Part shown: piece after piece, positions 48,431 to 59,400 of the stretch
Layout of the letters: every line of letters begins with the position of its first letter
How positions within the stretch are numbered: position 1 is the stretch's first letter
Virus record (IMG/VR): IMGVR_UViG_3300020731_000774
Span: 1-64,000 of that record
DNA: 64,000 nt
From: a virus
Reading direction: 5' to 3' (one strand)
Position numbers and translations under genes: made by a program
Notes under the pieces: model-generated
Told to the model about the DNA's origin: nothing
Seen by the model: the letters and a program-made list of their open reading frames with translations, nothing else
The model's database searches: none

Positions 48431-51400
48431 ATGATGGATAAGAAGTTACTAGATGCTCTCAATAATTTATCACTTGCACTGAGTGAGATATCAGATGCAT
48501 TGAAAAAAGATGATAAGGCGAAGAAATCAGCAACTACACAGGCACTTCAGGGTGGTAATTTTATTAAAGAAATTAAAGAAATTAATATTGGTGTAAAAGC
48601 TCTGCAGAGAGATACTAAGGCAATATTAAAAAATCAACAAACTATAATAGAACTTTCTAAAAGTAGAGGTGATAATAAATCAACATTTGAAAAAGTTGGT
48701 GGTAGTAAAAAGCAAGAAAATGATATCAAAAAAGGTGTTGGTACAATACTTCTAATAGCTGTTGCTGTTCTTGCAATTGGAATGGCTTTTAAATTGGTTG
48801 GTGGTATTAATTTTTTATCTGTTATAGGCTTGTCAATTGCTATGTTTATACTTGCACAGACATTTGAAAAGATTGGAGCATTAAAGTTAACTATGAAACA
48901 AGCATTGGTTGCATCAGCAACTATGGTTTTAATATCAATTGCTGTTACTTTATCATCTTGGGTATTACAAGCAATTCAACCTATTACATTTCCACAAGCA
49001 GTGACAGGTATATTAATAGCTGGTATGTTTTTGGTTATATCGTATAATTTAGATAAAATTGCAAAGGGTGTAGCAGCTTTTGATAAAGCAAATGTTAAGC
49101 CTAGTGATTTATTAATGTGTTTGGTTGGAGTAGCTGTTGCAATTACTTTATCATCTTGGGCATTGGCATTTATAGTACCGATGACATTGGGTCAGGCTAT
49201 AACTGGTATTTTGATAAGTGCTATGTTTATGATTATATCATATAATTTAGATAAAATTGCAATGGGTGTTGTTGCATTTGATAAAGCTAATGTTAAACCA
49301 AAAGATCTATTGATGTGTTTAGTTGGTATAGCAGTTGCAATTACTGCTTCATCTTGGGTATTATCATTAATCAAACCACTAGACTTACCTACATTTATTA
49401 CAGCTTTGGGTATAGCTCTTTTATTTGGATTAATGTCATATGTTATGCCTGAGATGGCAATTGGTATAGTGATAATGGATAAAACTATTGGTTCTAAAAA
49501 AATGTTAGCTGTTGTTCCATTAGTATTCGTTGCTATTTCATTGGCTATAATGTTATCATCACACATATTAGCAATGAGTAAACCGATAGAGTTTGGTTTA
49601 TTACTAAAGATAGCTGTTTTTGGTGTTGTTTTAGGTCTTTGTTTATTGGCTGTTTTGCCAGCTGTTTTGGGTGTTGGTATAGTTGCTGCTAGTGGTGTTG
49701 GTATGGCTGCTATTGGTTTGGGTGTTATTGCTATACCTCTTATTGCTGGTGCAATTGCAATATCATCTAATATTTTAGCAATGGGAACATATAAAAAATA
49801 TCCTGGTTTAGGTTGGGCAGTTTCAGTAGGATTGACTATGATTGGTTTTGGTGCTGCTGTTCTTGCATTGGGTACTATAGCTGTTACTGGTATTGGTGCA
49901 GTTGCAATAGTAGCTGGTGCATTATTAGTTCCATTAATTGCAAAATCAATTGTTGATAGTGATGATATAATATCCAAAGGTAAATATGATAAATATCCTG
50001 GTTTAGGTTGGGTTTTGAGTGTTGGTTCTACTATGTTGGGATTTGGATTGGCTGTTGTTGCTTTGGGTGCATTAGCAGTTACTGGTATCGGAGCAGTTGC
50101 AATTTTTGTTGGTACTAAAATGATACCAATGGTTGCACAATCAATTGTTGATGTTGATAGAATAATATCCAAGGGTAAATATGATAAATATCCTGGTTGG
50201 GAATGGGCATTGAGTGTTGGTGGGTTGATGACAGGTTTTGGATTAGCTGTTATTACATTAGGAACATATGTTGTTGGTACTTTGGGTTTAGGTGGTCTAG
50301 CCATCAAAGCAGGTGCTAATGCTGTTAGAACTATTGCACATTCAATTGTTGATGTTGCATGGATATTTAAAGCTTCATCGAATGCCTTTACAGGTGGTCC
50401 GAAAAAAGAATGGGCTGAGGGTGTTTCATTGGCAATAGGTGCTTTTGCACCTATTTATAAGATGATGATGAGAGGTGGTATAGTTAGTTTATTTATGGGT
50501 AGTGGTCCGAGTGTTGGTGCATTTACTGATGCTATACGTACTATATCACAAGGAATAGTTGATGCTGCATTATTTTTCCAAGCTGGTAAAGTTGCTTTTA
50601 CTGGTGGTCCTAGTAAAGAATGGGCTGAGGGTGTTGGTAATGCAATTGGTGCTTTTGCACCAGTTTATAAAATATTATCTGATGAGAGTGGTATTTTCGG
50701 TACAGGTGTTGGTATTGAAGAATTTAAAAATGCTATAATGACTATATCACATGGTATAGTTGCATCTGCTGGTATTTTTGCGATGAGTAAGGTTGGGTTT
50801 AATGAAGGAACTTATCCAACTAAAGAGTGGAGTGTTGGTGTTGGTAATGCTCTTTCTGCATTCTCACCTGTTTTCAAGGCACTTAGTGGTAAAGGTTGGT
50901 TTGAGAGTGGTAAGGAAGCTATTGGTGATATGGTTTATGGTGTTAAACAAATGGCATATGCTATTGTTAAAGTTGGTCGTATATTCTCATTATCAAAAGT
51001 AAATTGGGATCCTAAAAATATGCCTGATAAAAATTGGGGAGTTAGTGTATTAAATTCATTTAAATATTTTAGTAGATTACAGAATATGGTTGCTGATTCT
51101 GATGTTGGTTTCTTGAATAGGGATCTTATTATTAAAAGTGCTAAAGGTATGGTTAATTTTGCAAAAGAATTGCAAAAGGGAGTGGATGCTTTTCAAATAA
51201 AAATTGATCCAAATTTCATGAAAAATATGTCATCTAATATTTATTATTATATGACACTTGCTAATAAATTAAATAGTGGTAATGGTTTGAAAAGTTTGGT
51301 TAAGGGTGCTGTTTTTGGTGATCCAATGACAAATATAGCTAGTAGTATGACTAAGTTAGCAATAGCTTATGATAAAATGGGTAATTCATTAATGAAGTTT

Positions 51401-51754
51401 AATAAAGCTGTTAATTCGTTGGATGAGAAGAAAATAAGTGCTTTTAAAGGTCTTAATAGTAATATGATTAATAGAGTTATTAAGAATTCGGATAGTAATG
51501 TTAATAACACAAATCCCAATGCTTCTAATATCGGATTAGTTGGTGGTGCTATTGGAAATTTGACATCTATTGCAGTGCCTGGTGATAAGAGAAAAGATGG
51601 TGGTAAAAAGGAATCTAGGGGTAAGCATGGTACAACTAATGAACAAAATGATAAAATGATAGATTTGTTATATAAACTTATTCATAATACAGGTTATCTT
51701 GATAAATATTTGAAAGAGAAATTGAATGGTGATGATGGAAATAATACTTATTAA
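48431..51754 (+). CDS. Tape-measure-like multi-TM repeat protein
   Basis: 1107 aa; Ala/Gly/Ile-rich helical repeats (ISYNLDKIA x2, KYPG.GW..SVG x3, KEW..GV..AI.AF.P x3). Confidence 0.65.
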   Translation: MMDKKLLDALNNLSLALSEISDALKKDDKAKKSATTQALQGGNFIKEIKEINIGVKALQRDTKAILKNQQTIIELSKSRGDNKSTFEKVGGSKKQENDIKKGVGTILLIAVAVLAIGMAFKLVGGINFLSVIGLSIAMFILAQTFEKIGALKLTMKQALVASATMVLISIAVTLSSWVLQAIQPITFPQAVTGILIAGMFLVISYNLDKIAKGVAAFDKANVKPSDLLMCLVGVAVAITLSSWALAFIVPMTLGQAITGILISAMFMIISYNLDKIAMGVVAFDKANVKPKDLLMCLVGIAVAITASSWVLSLIKPLDLPTFITALGIALLFGLMSYVMPEMAIGIVIMDKTIGSKKMLAVVPLVFVAISLAIMLSSHILAMSKPIEFGLLLKIAVFGVVLGLCLLAVLPAVLGVGIVAASGVGMAAIGLGVIAIPLIAGAIAISSNILAMGTYKKYPGLGWAVSVGLTMIGFGAAVLALGTIAVTGIGAVAIVAGALLVPLIAKSIVDSDDIISKGKYDKYPGLGWVLSVGSTMLGFGLAVVALGALAVTGIGAVAIFVGTKMIPMVAQSIVDVDRIISKGKYDKYPGWEWALSVGGLMTGFGLAVITLGTYVVGTLGLGGLAIKAGANAVRTIAHSIVDVAWIFKASSNAFTGGPKKEWAEGVSLAIGAFAPIYKMMMRGGIVSLFMGSGPSVGAFTDAIRTISQGIVDAALFFQAGKVAFTGGPSKEWAEGVGNAIGAFAPVYKILSDESGIFGTGVGIEEFKNAIMTISHGIVASAGIFAMSKVGFNEGTYPTKEWSVGVGNALSAFSPVFKALSGKGWFESGKEAIGDMVYGVKQMAYAIVKVGRIFSLSKVNWDPKNMPDKNWGVSVLNSFKYFSRLQNMVADSDVGFLNRDLIIKSAKGMVNFAKELQKGVDAFQIKIDPNFMKNMSSNIYYYMTLANKLNSGNGLKSLVKGAVFGDPMTNIASSMTKLAIAYDKMGNSLMKFNKAVNSLDEKKISAFKGLNSNMINRVIKNSDSNVNNTNPNASNIGLVGGAIGNLTSIAVPGDKRKDGGKKESRGKHGTTNEQNDKMIDLLYKLIHNTGYLDKYLKEKLNGDDGNNTY

Positions 51755-51790
51755 GTATAAACTTTAACTATTATATGTCATATAACTTTT

Positions 51791-52228
51791 ATGAATAAAA
51801 ATATATCTTTCCTTAAAAAACTTAAAATGTATTCTCAGTTCAAAAAAATGATAAAGGAGAATAGATTAGAATTAGAAAATAGATTCAATTTGAGAATTGA
51901 TGAAGCTAATCGTTTATATACTGTTATAAATGTGCCACCTGATGTAGTTGGTGAGGCATACTCTTTGAAAAAATCAGATATTGATAGAATTGCTGAGAAT
52001 TTCATAAAGGAATATTCTAGTGAATTGGGTATCTTTTTGAATTCAAAGGGTCTTAATGAATTGTATGATTTTTATGATTTAAAAAAGGTTGATAAATATT
52101 CATATTTAGTAGTGGTTGGATTTTCAATGTTTAGATCTGATGAACGTAGAGCACGTATATTTAAAATATGGATACCTATTATTTCAGCATTAGTTATTCT
52201 AGGAACTTTATTTTTCACTTTAAGATAA
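51791..52228 (+). CDS. Hypothetical protein with C-terminal TM helix
   Basis: LRID...RLYTVIN; hydrophobic C-terminus. Confidence 0.55.
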   Translation: MNKNISFLKKLKMYSQFKKMIKENRLELENRFNLRIDEANRLYTVINVPPDVVGEAYSLKKSDIDRIAENFIKEYSSELGIFLNSKGLNELYDFYDLKKVDKYSYLVVVGFSMFRSDERRARIFKIWIPIISALVILGTLFFTLR

Positions 52229-52276
52229 ACTTTTTAAACAATATACATTATAAATTAAAACTAATATTTAAAAATT

Positions 52277-52723
52277 ATGGCAAAAGAAACAAAAGAAACG
52301 TTTTATGAGTTAGATGAAACAACAGAGGAATTATTTATGGAAGTTTTTAATAAAAAAACTATTCCAGTTAACCTTAAATTCCTTTTTATTGGTAATTCTA
52401 AACAAAAACAATTGGTTAAAGTTAAAAAAATTGCAGATGATTATGCATTCGCACTTGGTAAAGAGTTAATGATCTCAATAAATGAAGATTTATTGAATGT
52501 TTTTGATGATGAATCTGTTACAATTCTAATTGAACAAGAAATTGATAAGATCACCGTTAATATGGAAAGTGGTAAAATTAAATTAGTAGGAACTGATTTG
52601 AATACATTCTCTTCTATTGTAAATAAATATGGTGTGGATAAGGTTAGTCGTGCAAATGCTGTTGAAATCTTATATGTAGAGCAACAACAAGATGCAAAAA
52701 CTGATGAGGAATTTATTATTTAA
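52277..52723 (+). CDS. Hypothetical protein (possibly a degenerate phage metallopeptidase fold)
   Basis: ILIEQEIDKI where HExxH would be expected; F..IV.KYG. Confidence 0.4.
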   Translation: MAKETKETFYELDETTEELFMEVFNKKTIPVNLKFLFIGNSKQKQLVKVKKIADDYAFALGKELMISINEDLLNVFDDESVTILIEQEIDKITVNMESGKIKLVGTDLNTFSSIVNKYGVDKVSRANAVEILYVEQQQDAKTDEEFII

Positions 52724-52728
52724 TTATT

Positions 52729-52968
52729 ATGATAAGAAATAGATATATAAATGCTTTACGAAAAAAGTATGAAGCAGAAATGGCAGAAGCTGAGGCTAAT
52801 TTAGGATTATATTTATCTAGTAGTAACTTAGCTGCAATTGGTGAACATTCTGATTTAATGGAGGAGCAAGATAAGTGGATTGAAAAATACACAAATGCAA
52901 AAGATAAATTAGAAACATTGAATTCTCTAAATTTCAGAGATGATTCAAATGAAAAAATAAACAGCTAG
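52729..52968 (+). CDS. Small coiled-coil phage protein
   Basis: A.AN...YL.....IGEH.D...E.DK. Confidence 0.55.
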   Translation: MIRNRYINALRKKYEAEMAEAEANLGLYLSSSNLAAIGEHSDLMEEQDKWIEKYTNAKDKLETLNSLNFRDDSNEKINS

Positions 52969-52994
52969 TCTGTATAAAAATAAAATAAAAATAT

Positions 52995-53675
52995 ATGTCA
53001 AATATACAAACAAATGTAGTAAAACCAGAAGTTAAGATTACTCTTAACGATAAAGATTATTTCTTATTTGCTGAAGGTGATGAGAATATCTTAGAAAATA
53101 ATGTATCTAACATTGAAAATTTCATCAAACAAGATGGTAAAGGTAAATCTGAGGATGTTAAAAATCAACTTTATGCTGATGCTCAAAATTTATGGAGAGA
53201 ATATGCTGATTCAATGAAAACTGTTAAATATAATTTTCATTTGAATAGACCACAATGGAAATTCTTAACTGATCTTTTATTATCTAAATTAGAATATGAT
53301 GTTAATACTGTTTTCTTTGCTATTGAATTAACTCATTTATTGGGATCAATGAGAGAAACTAGTAAATATACAAATGATACTGATTTGCAAGCATTTCCAG
53401 TGACTGCAACTGAAATCACTTATATTTACCATTTGATTTCTAATCATAAAATTAAAGGATTGACAAAAGATGCTTTCTTATTTAGTGAAGTATTAGTTAG
53501 AATTGGTAATATTAGTAAAGTTCTTAACTATTATGATGCTCTTGGGAAAAGTTTATCAAGTGATATCCAAGATTGGGTTGCAGCTTTTGAAGATGGTGTA
53601 ACAATTGAAGGTAGAGAGACTGAAACTGTTAATGGTGAGGTTTTAGAACCAGAAAATACAGAAAGTGCTAATTAA
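52995..53675 (+). CDS. Hypothetical protein
   Basis: 226-aa ORF followed by hairpin AAAGTGCTAAT-ta-ATTAGCACTTT. Confidence 0.6.
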   Translation: MSNIQTNVVKPEVKITLNDKDYFLFAEGDENILENNVSNIENFIKQDGKGKSEDVKNQLYADAQNLWREYADSMKTVKYNFHLNRPQWKFLTDLLLSKLEYDVNTVFFAIELTHLLGSMRETSKYTNDTDLQAFPVTATEITYIYHLISNHKIKGLTKDAFLFSEVLVRIGNISKVLNYYDALGKSLSSDIQDWVAAFEDGVTIEGRETETVNGEVLEPENTESAN

Positions 53676-53706
53676 TTAGCACTTTTTTAAATTATATAGT
53701 AGTTAG

Positions 53707-54619
53707 ATGAATGTGTTAAGTCTTTTTTGATGGTATGTCTTGTGGGCAAATTGCTCTAAATAGAGCTGGTATAGAGTATAATAACTATTATGCTAGTGAG
53801 ATTGATAAACATGCTATCAAAGTGGCTAATCACAATTATCCAAATACTATCCAAATAGGTAGTGTTTTGGATGTTGTAGGATCTAATTTACCTAAAATAG
53901 ATTTATTGATTGGTGGTAGTCCATGTCAGGGTTTCAGCTTTTCGGGGAAACAATTAAATTTTGAAGATCCTAGGAGTAAATTATTCTTTGAGTATGTTAG
54001 ATTGTTAAAAGAGTGTGAACCTAAGTATTTTTTATTAGAAAATGTTGTAATGAAAAAGGAGTATCAAGATGTTATTAGTGAGCATCTAGGTGTAGAACCT
54101 ATTTTGATTAATAGTAGTCTTGTTTCTGCACAAAATCGCCAACGATTATATTGGACTAATATACCTAATATTCAACAGCCTGATGATAAGAATATTAATT
54201 TGGTTGATATTTTAGAAGATGATGTTATGATAGGACCTAGTGCAATAAGGGGTAGAAGATTGAATAAGGCAACTATACTAGGTAGAAGATTAGATGATAA
54301 TGGTATTAGAAAGGATTATGATAAAGATGTACCCATTACACAATGTCTTGAAGTTAGAGCTACTAACAGAAATAAAAGTAATTGTCTAACTACGGTTGCT
54401 AAGGATAATGTTTTAACTACAATGCCAGTGGGTCGTCATCCTGATGCTTTTAAATTACAATTACCATTTAGATATTATACTATTAAGGAATATTGTAGAT
54501 TACAAACCGTTCCTGATAATTATTTTGATGGTGTTGCTAGTGATAATCAAATTAGAAAAATGATTGGTAATGGTTGGACTGTTGATGTAATTGCTCATAT
54601 ATTTAAAAATATAAAATAA
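53707..54619 (+). CDS. DNA cytosine-C5 methyltransferase 1, with a +1 frameshift in a T6 run at codon 7
   Basis: ATG AAT GTG TTA AGT CTT TTT TGA T versus T5 in the paralogs; GGSPCQ, ENV, R.R.YW, GNGW. Confidence 0.85.
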
Positions 54620-56377
54620 TTATATGAATGTTTTAAGTCTTTTTGATGGTATGTCTTGTGGGCAAATAGCTTTAAATAGAGCAGGTATTAAATATGATAA
54701 ATATTTTGCCTCTGAAATTGATACTCATGCTATGAAAGTAACTTTAGATAACTATCCAGATACAATTCAATTGGGGAGTGTTTTGGATTTAAATGGATCT
54801 GAATTACCGAAAATTGATTTACTTATAGGTGGTAGTCCATGTCAATCGTTTTCAAGAGCTGGTAATGGTACTGGTTTTGATGGTAAATCAGGTTTATTTT
54901 GGGAATATGTTAGGATTAAAAATGAAATTAATCCTAAATATTTTCTATTAGAAAATGTTAAGATGAAAAAGGAATGGGAGGATATAATCACTAAAGAACT
55001 TGGTGTTGAACCTATAATGATTAATAGTAATCTTGTTTCTGCTCAGAATAGAGAAAGATTATATTGGACTAATATACCTATTATTAACTTACCAGAAGAT
55101 AGAGGAATTTTAATTAAAGATATAGTAGATCTAAATAGTAATGATTTTGAATATATAGATGATTATAAAACAAAAATCCGTGTGTTTAAAAAGAATTATT
55201 TACAATATGATATAAATGGTACAGGTCATGGTAGTCAAGATCAGAGAGCTTATTATTTAAGTGGTAAACATGGTTGTTTAGATACTGGTGCTAGTGGTAA
55301 GGCTAAGATTTTAGAAAATGATGGTAGGGTTAGAAAAATAACAAGAAATGAGGGAGAGAGATTACAATGTGTTCCTATTGATTATACTATTTCAGTAAGT
55401 AGATCACAGGCATTGAAAATGCTTGGTAATGGTTGGACTGTTGATGTAATTGCTCATATATTTAAAAATATAAAATAAAAATTATGAATGTATTAAGTCT
55501 TTTTGATGGAATGAGTTGTGGTAGAATAGCTCTTGAGAAAGCGGGTGTTGATGTTACTAATTATTTCAGTAGTGAAATTAAAGATTATGCTATAAAGGTA
55601 GCTGATATTAATTATCCACAAGATACTCCTAATAGATTAGGAGATATTACTAAGATAAATGGTAAAGATTTGCCTAAAATAGACCTATTGATAGGTGGAT
55701 CACCATGTCAAGATTTTTCTGGTGCTAATAAAGAGAGACTTGGTGTTGATGGTACTAAGAGTGGTTTATTCTTTGAATATGTTAGATTATTAGAGGAGAC
55801 AAATCCAAAATATTTCTTATTGGAGAATGTTAGGATGAAAAAAGAGCATCAGGATTTTATTAGTTAAATGATGGGGTGTGAGCCAGTTGTTATAAATTCT
55901 GAATTAGTTGCACCACATTTAAGACATCGTTTATATTGGACTAATATACCAGGTATTACACTTCCTGAAAATAAAAAAATGAAATTGAATGATTTTTTGA
56001 TTAATGGTTATTCTGATAGAGATAAGGCTAGAACTTTACTTGAATCGGATTCTAGACCATTATCAACTCCCATTAAAATGTGTCATAGATATTTCAATAC
56101 CGGTTTCACTACTCTTATATTTAAATCAAAGGAACATTATGAAGAATTAAAGAAACATTTTGATGTAAATTTTAAAGGTAAAAGTGCTGCTGAAATTGAT
56201 GAGTTATCAAAGGGTATGGATTTGAGTGTGTATAGTGGTGTTAGATATATGAATAATAGGGAACGTGAGTTTTGCCAAACTGTTCCGAGTGGATATACTG
56301 ATAACTTAACCCAAAACGAGGCAGCTTGTATATTGGGTGATGGTTGGACTGTTGATGTAATTGCTCATATATTTAAA
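54564..56377 (+). repeat. Direct repeats at the 3' ends of the three methyltransferases
   Basis: 56 nt identical at 54564-54619 and 55423-55478; 38 nt of it recurs at 56340-56377. Confidence 0.85.
54624..55478 (+). CDS. DNA cytosine-C5 methyltransferase 2 (intact)
   Basis: SLFDG, GGSPCQ, ENV, RERLYW, GNGW. Confidence 0.92.
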   Translation: MNVLSLFDGMSCGQIALNRAGIKYDKYFASEIDTHAMKVTLDNYPDTIQLGSVLDLNGSELPKIDLLIGGSPCQSFSRAGNGTGFDGKSGLFWEYVRIKNEINPKYFLLENVKMKKEWEDIITKELGVEPIMINSNLVSAQNRERLYWTNIPIINLPEDRGILIKDIVDLNSNDFEYIDDYKTKIRVFKKNYLQYDINGTGHGSQDQRAYYLSGKHGCLDTGASGKAKILENDGRVRKITRNEGERLQCVPIDYTISVSRSQALKMLGNGWTVDVIAHIFKNIK

Positions 56378-56389
56378 GGTTTAAAATAA
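55484..56389 (+). pseudogene. DNA cytosine-C5 methyltransferase 3, split by an in-frame TAA at 55865-55867
   Basis: QDFIS*MMGCEP aligns with QDVISEHLGVEP of copy 1; both halves are in the same frame. Confidence 0.8.
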
Positions 56390-56391
56390 TA

Positions 56392-56422
56392 AAAACCCCT
56401 TAGAAAATTCTAAGGGGTTTTT
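56392..56422. terminator. Bidirectional intrinsic terminator
   Basis: AAAACCCCTTAGAA-aa-TTCTAAGGGGTTTT. Confidence 0.8.
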
Positions 56423-56424
56423 GT

Positions 56425-59400
56425 TTATATTATTGTTATTGGAACAAATGGTCCAATTTGTTCTATAGGTATGACCTTATCTGTTAAATCTTTTATACCT
56501 CTAATCTCATAGTTTTTCTTATCATTGTAAATAGAACCATAGCCATTATCACTTGTGATTTCAATTGTTATAAATGGGTCTAAATTTGAATCTATTGTGA
56601 AATTGTATGGTGGTATTTGGTTCAATAATGTAGTTGATTGTGTCACACCAATACTATATGTTGTTGTTATTCTTCTATATTCATCTATTGTTTGTACTGG
56701 TTCATAATTAATTTTAGACCACTCTGTTATATCTAACCAATTTGCATTATCACCTTGATCTAATACTGGTGGGTTTATTGAAGCAGTTGATCCTAAACCA
56801 CTATATACATAAATTCTATTAGAATATTCAGCTAAACTAGTAGGTGTATATGTTATATTAGAAGACCAAGGTGATACACTATCATATTTTTGTGGATTAT
56901 TTGTCCTGTTATTATTGATAGTGGATTCGTATAAGTAACCATAATATATAATTTTATCACCTTTTTGGTAACTAGTGAATGGTGTCCATTCTTTATATGT
57001 TTTATAAGTTCTTATTTTAATATTAAAATAATCTGGTAATTTAAGTTCTACACCATTTAATGGTTTGGGTGGTGTGGTAAGACCTGTTGGGTTCTTATCT
57101 GCTCCTACACCATCTATAATTGAATAAAAATCAATGACACAATTATATACAGTTGATCCTGTGTTTACCGGCATTAGATATGCTTCATTTAGTTTACCTG
57201 TTATTGGTGTCATATTTTCATTAATGTTAAATATTCTAACGTCATGCATTTTATGTGTTATTTGATTACCACCTTTGAAATATGTTTTACCTGTTATATC
57301 TAATATCTTATGTGTTAAAGGTATTATATTTTTTGATAGCCAATATTTTAGACCTTGTAGTTTTATAGTAACATCATCAATACTGTATAATAGTATATTA
57401 TTTCCACTTTTATCAGTTATATCATATGTTAGATTAAGAAGATTTGTTTCTTCAAAATTTGCATTAGGATATGTGTGTTTTAGGAAATCACCATCGGTTG
57501 ACCATCCTTGTACTGTGTTATCAAATATGTCTGGTATTTCTACTTTAAATAACTTGGAAAAATCTTTTGATTGTGGGTTGATGTTTCTATAATATTCATT
57601 TAATTCTAAATCATTATATCCAAAGAAATTAATTGCATTTATTATTGATTTATATGCACCTATATATGGGTATATAAGATTTTTATTCATCAACATTTCT
57701 TTTCTTTTTATGTTTAAGAAATTCCAATCAATACCACCCTCTAATATATCATAATCCTTGAATATGAATACCTCACTTGGTCCAATATTCTTTCCTATAT
57801 TATTAAGTTGGATTTTGTATCTAAAATCTTCAATTTCAGTTTGTGCGTATGTGTTAAATCTACCAATTTCTCTATCTATTATTTGGAATGTTGTTTTTAG
57901 ATAAGTGGTTTTACCAACTGTTGGGTAATCTTGTATAATACTAGTTTCGGGATATATGTAATCAGTTGATATATTGAAAAAATCTAATACTAATGTATTT
58001 GTGTATATGTCTCTTATTTTAAATAATGATCCATTATTATGTGATGTGTACTGGTTATTTATATTGGAAACATCTTTTATATACAAAACAATGGTTTGCT
58101 CTTGTTTTAATCCTTTGTTTGTAAACATTTCATCCGACATATTATTTATTTTTATTTGACCGTATGTTAATCCGGTTGAATCAACCTCGGTTGAAAATGT
58201 TAATATAGTGTTATTCGTTGATGTACTTGTTATATCAAATTCAATAGTTTCTTTTTTATAAAGTTGTAAAATAGATTGTTTTGGTCCTTCATCCTCTGAT
58301 CTAAATCCTATAAATAATTGCATAGCCTCTGGCTCATTGTATATATTTTCACTATCATTTATATAATCTAAATTTTGTGTTATAGTGTTAAAAATAGTTT
58401 GTTGATATTGTGGTATTGAAACTTTTGTTATATCACTATTTGGATATTTATTTAATCCAACATCTAATAAAGGTTTTGGTCCTGTGTATGAATAACTACC
58501 TATTGTTTGTAATTGATCACCAGACATATCATATAAGAAGAAATCAGGTGTTTGATCATCAATCCATTTCCAATAGAATTGGACTTGTGTATCATTGATA
58601 TAATTCTCTCTAGGTCTTCTAAGATATTCTCTTGATTTTAGCCATATATCCTCATGTGGTGTATATTCACTATGTAGTGTTCCATAATTCTGATCTTCTA
58701 TTGATATAGAATTAGTAGTTGTGGTTGTAATGTTTGTTTCTATTGTAGTTGTAATTTCAACAACATTATTTATACTTGGTTGTATAGCACATACCGAGTT
58801 TCTAGCTGGGTTATATATTATTTTAGTGGATATTGCACTAAAATGTGTGGTTTCTATATTCCAACCATTTGATGGGTTTATTGTTAGTATTGAATTGGTT
58901 GTTTGTGATGTTAGGTATACCATTCCATCATATTGGTTTAGTGTTATATAACCATATGCATCAATATTTTCACTTAGATTTAAATTATTATTTAAATCAA
59001 AAGATTTAAATGAATTTTCATCAGATATATTTACTTCACCTGTTAAATTGTTATATAGCATATCAGTGAATGGTGTTGGTGAAATATTATCAATTTGTGA
59101 TATAGTATTATCATTTATTTTATATAGATATGAATTATCATAGATATATATTGTATCATTGATGGGTTCGTAGAATATAAAATCTATTTTTAAATTAGGT
59201 ATGTTGTATGTTTGATGTATAGTCCTATTTAAATTTATAACTAATATATCACCACTATCAGTGGTTATGAAAGTTGTCTCACTTTTTGTATTATATGTTA
59301 ATTTACCAGTTTTTGTATCTGTTGATGATGGTGTTGTTATTGTTACAACTAATGTATTGGTGTGATCATATATTGATATAGTTGGGCTATTTTCGTATGT

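Noticed and set aside
49192-50307. 371-aa antisense ORF
   Set aside because: Shadow of the repetitive tape-measure-like gene, caused by codon bias.
55845-55875. Structured recoding signal at the methyltransferase-3 TAA
   Set aside because: Only a weak 5-bp pairing (CATCA/TGATG) and no adjacent endonuclease, unlike the polB and uvsW sites.
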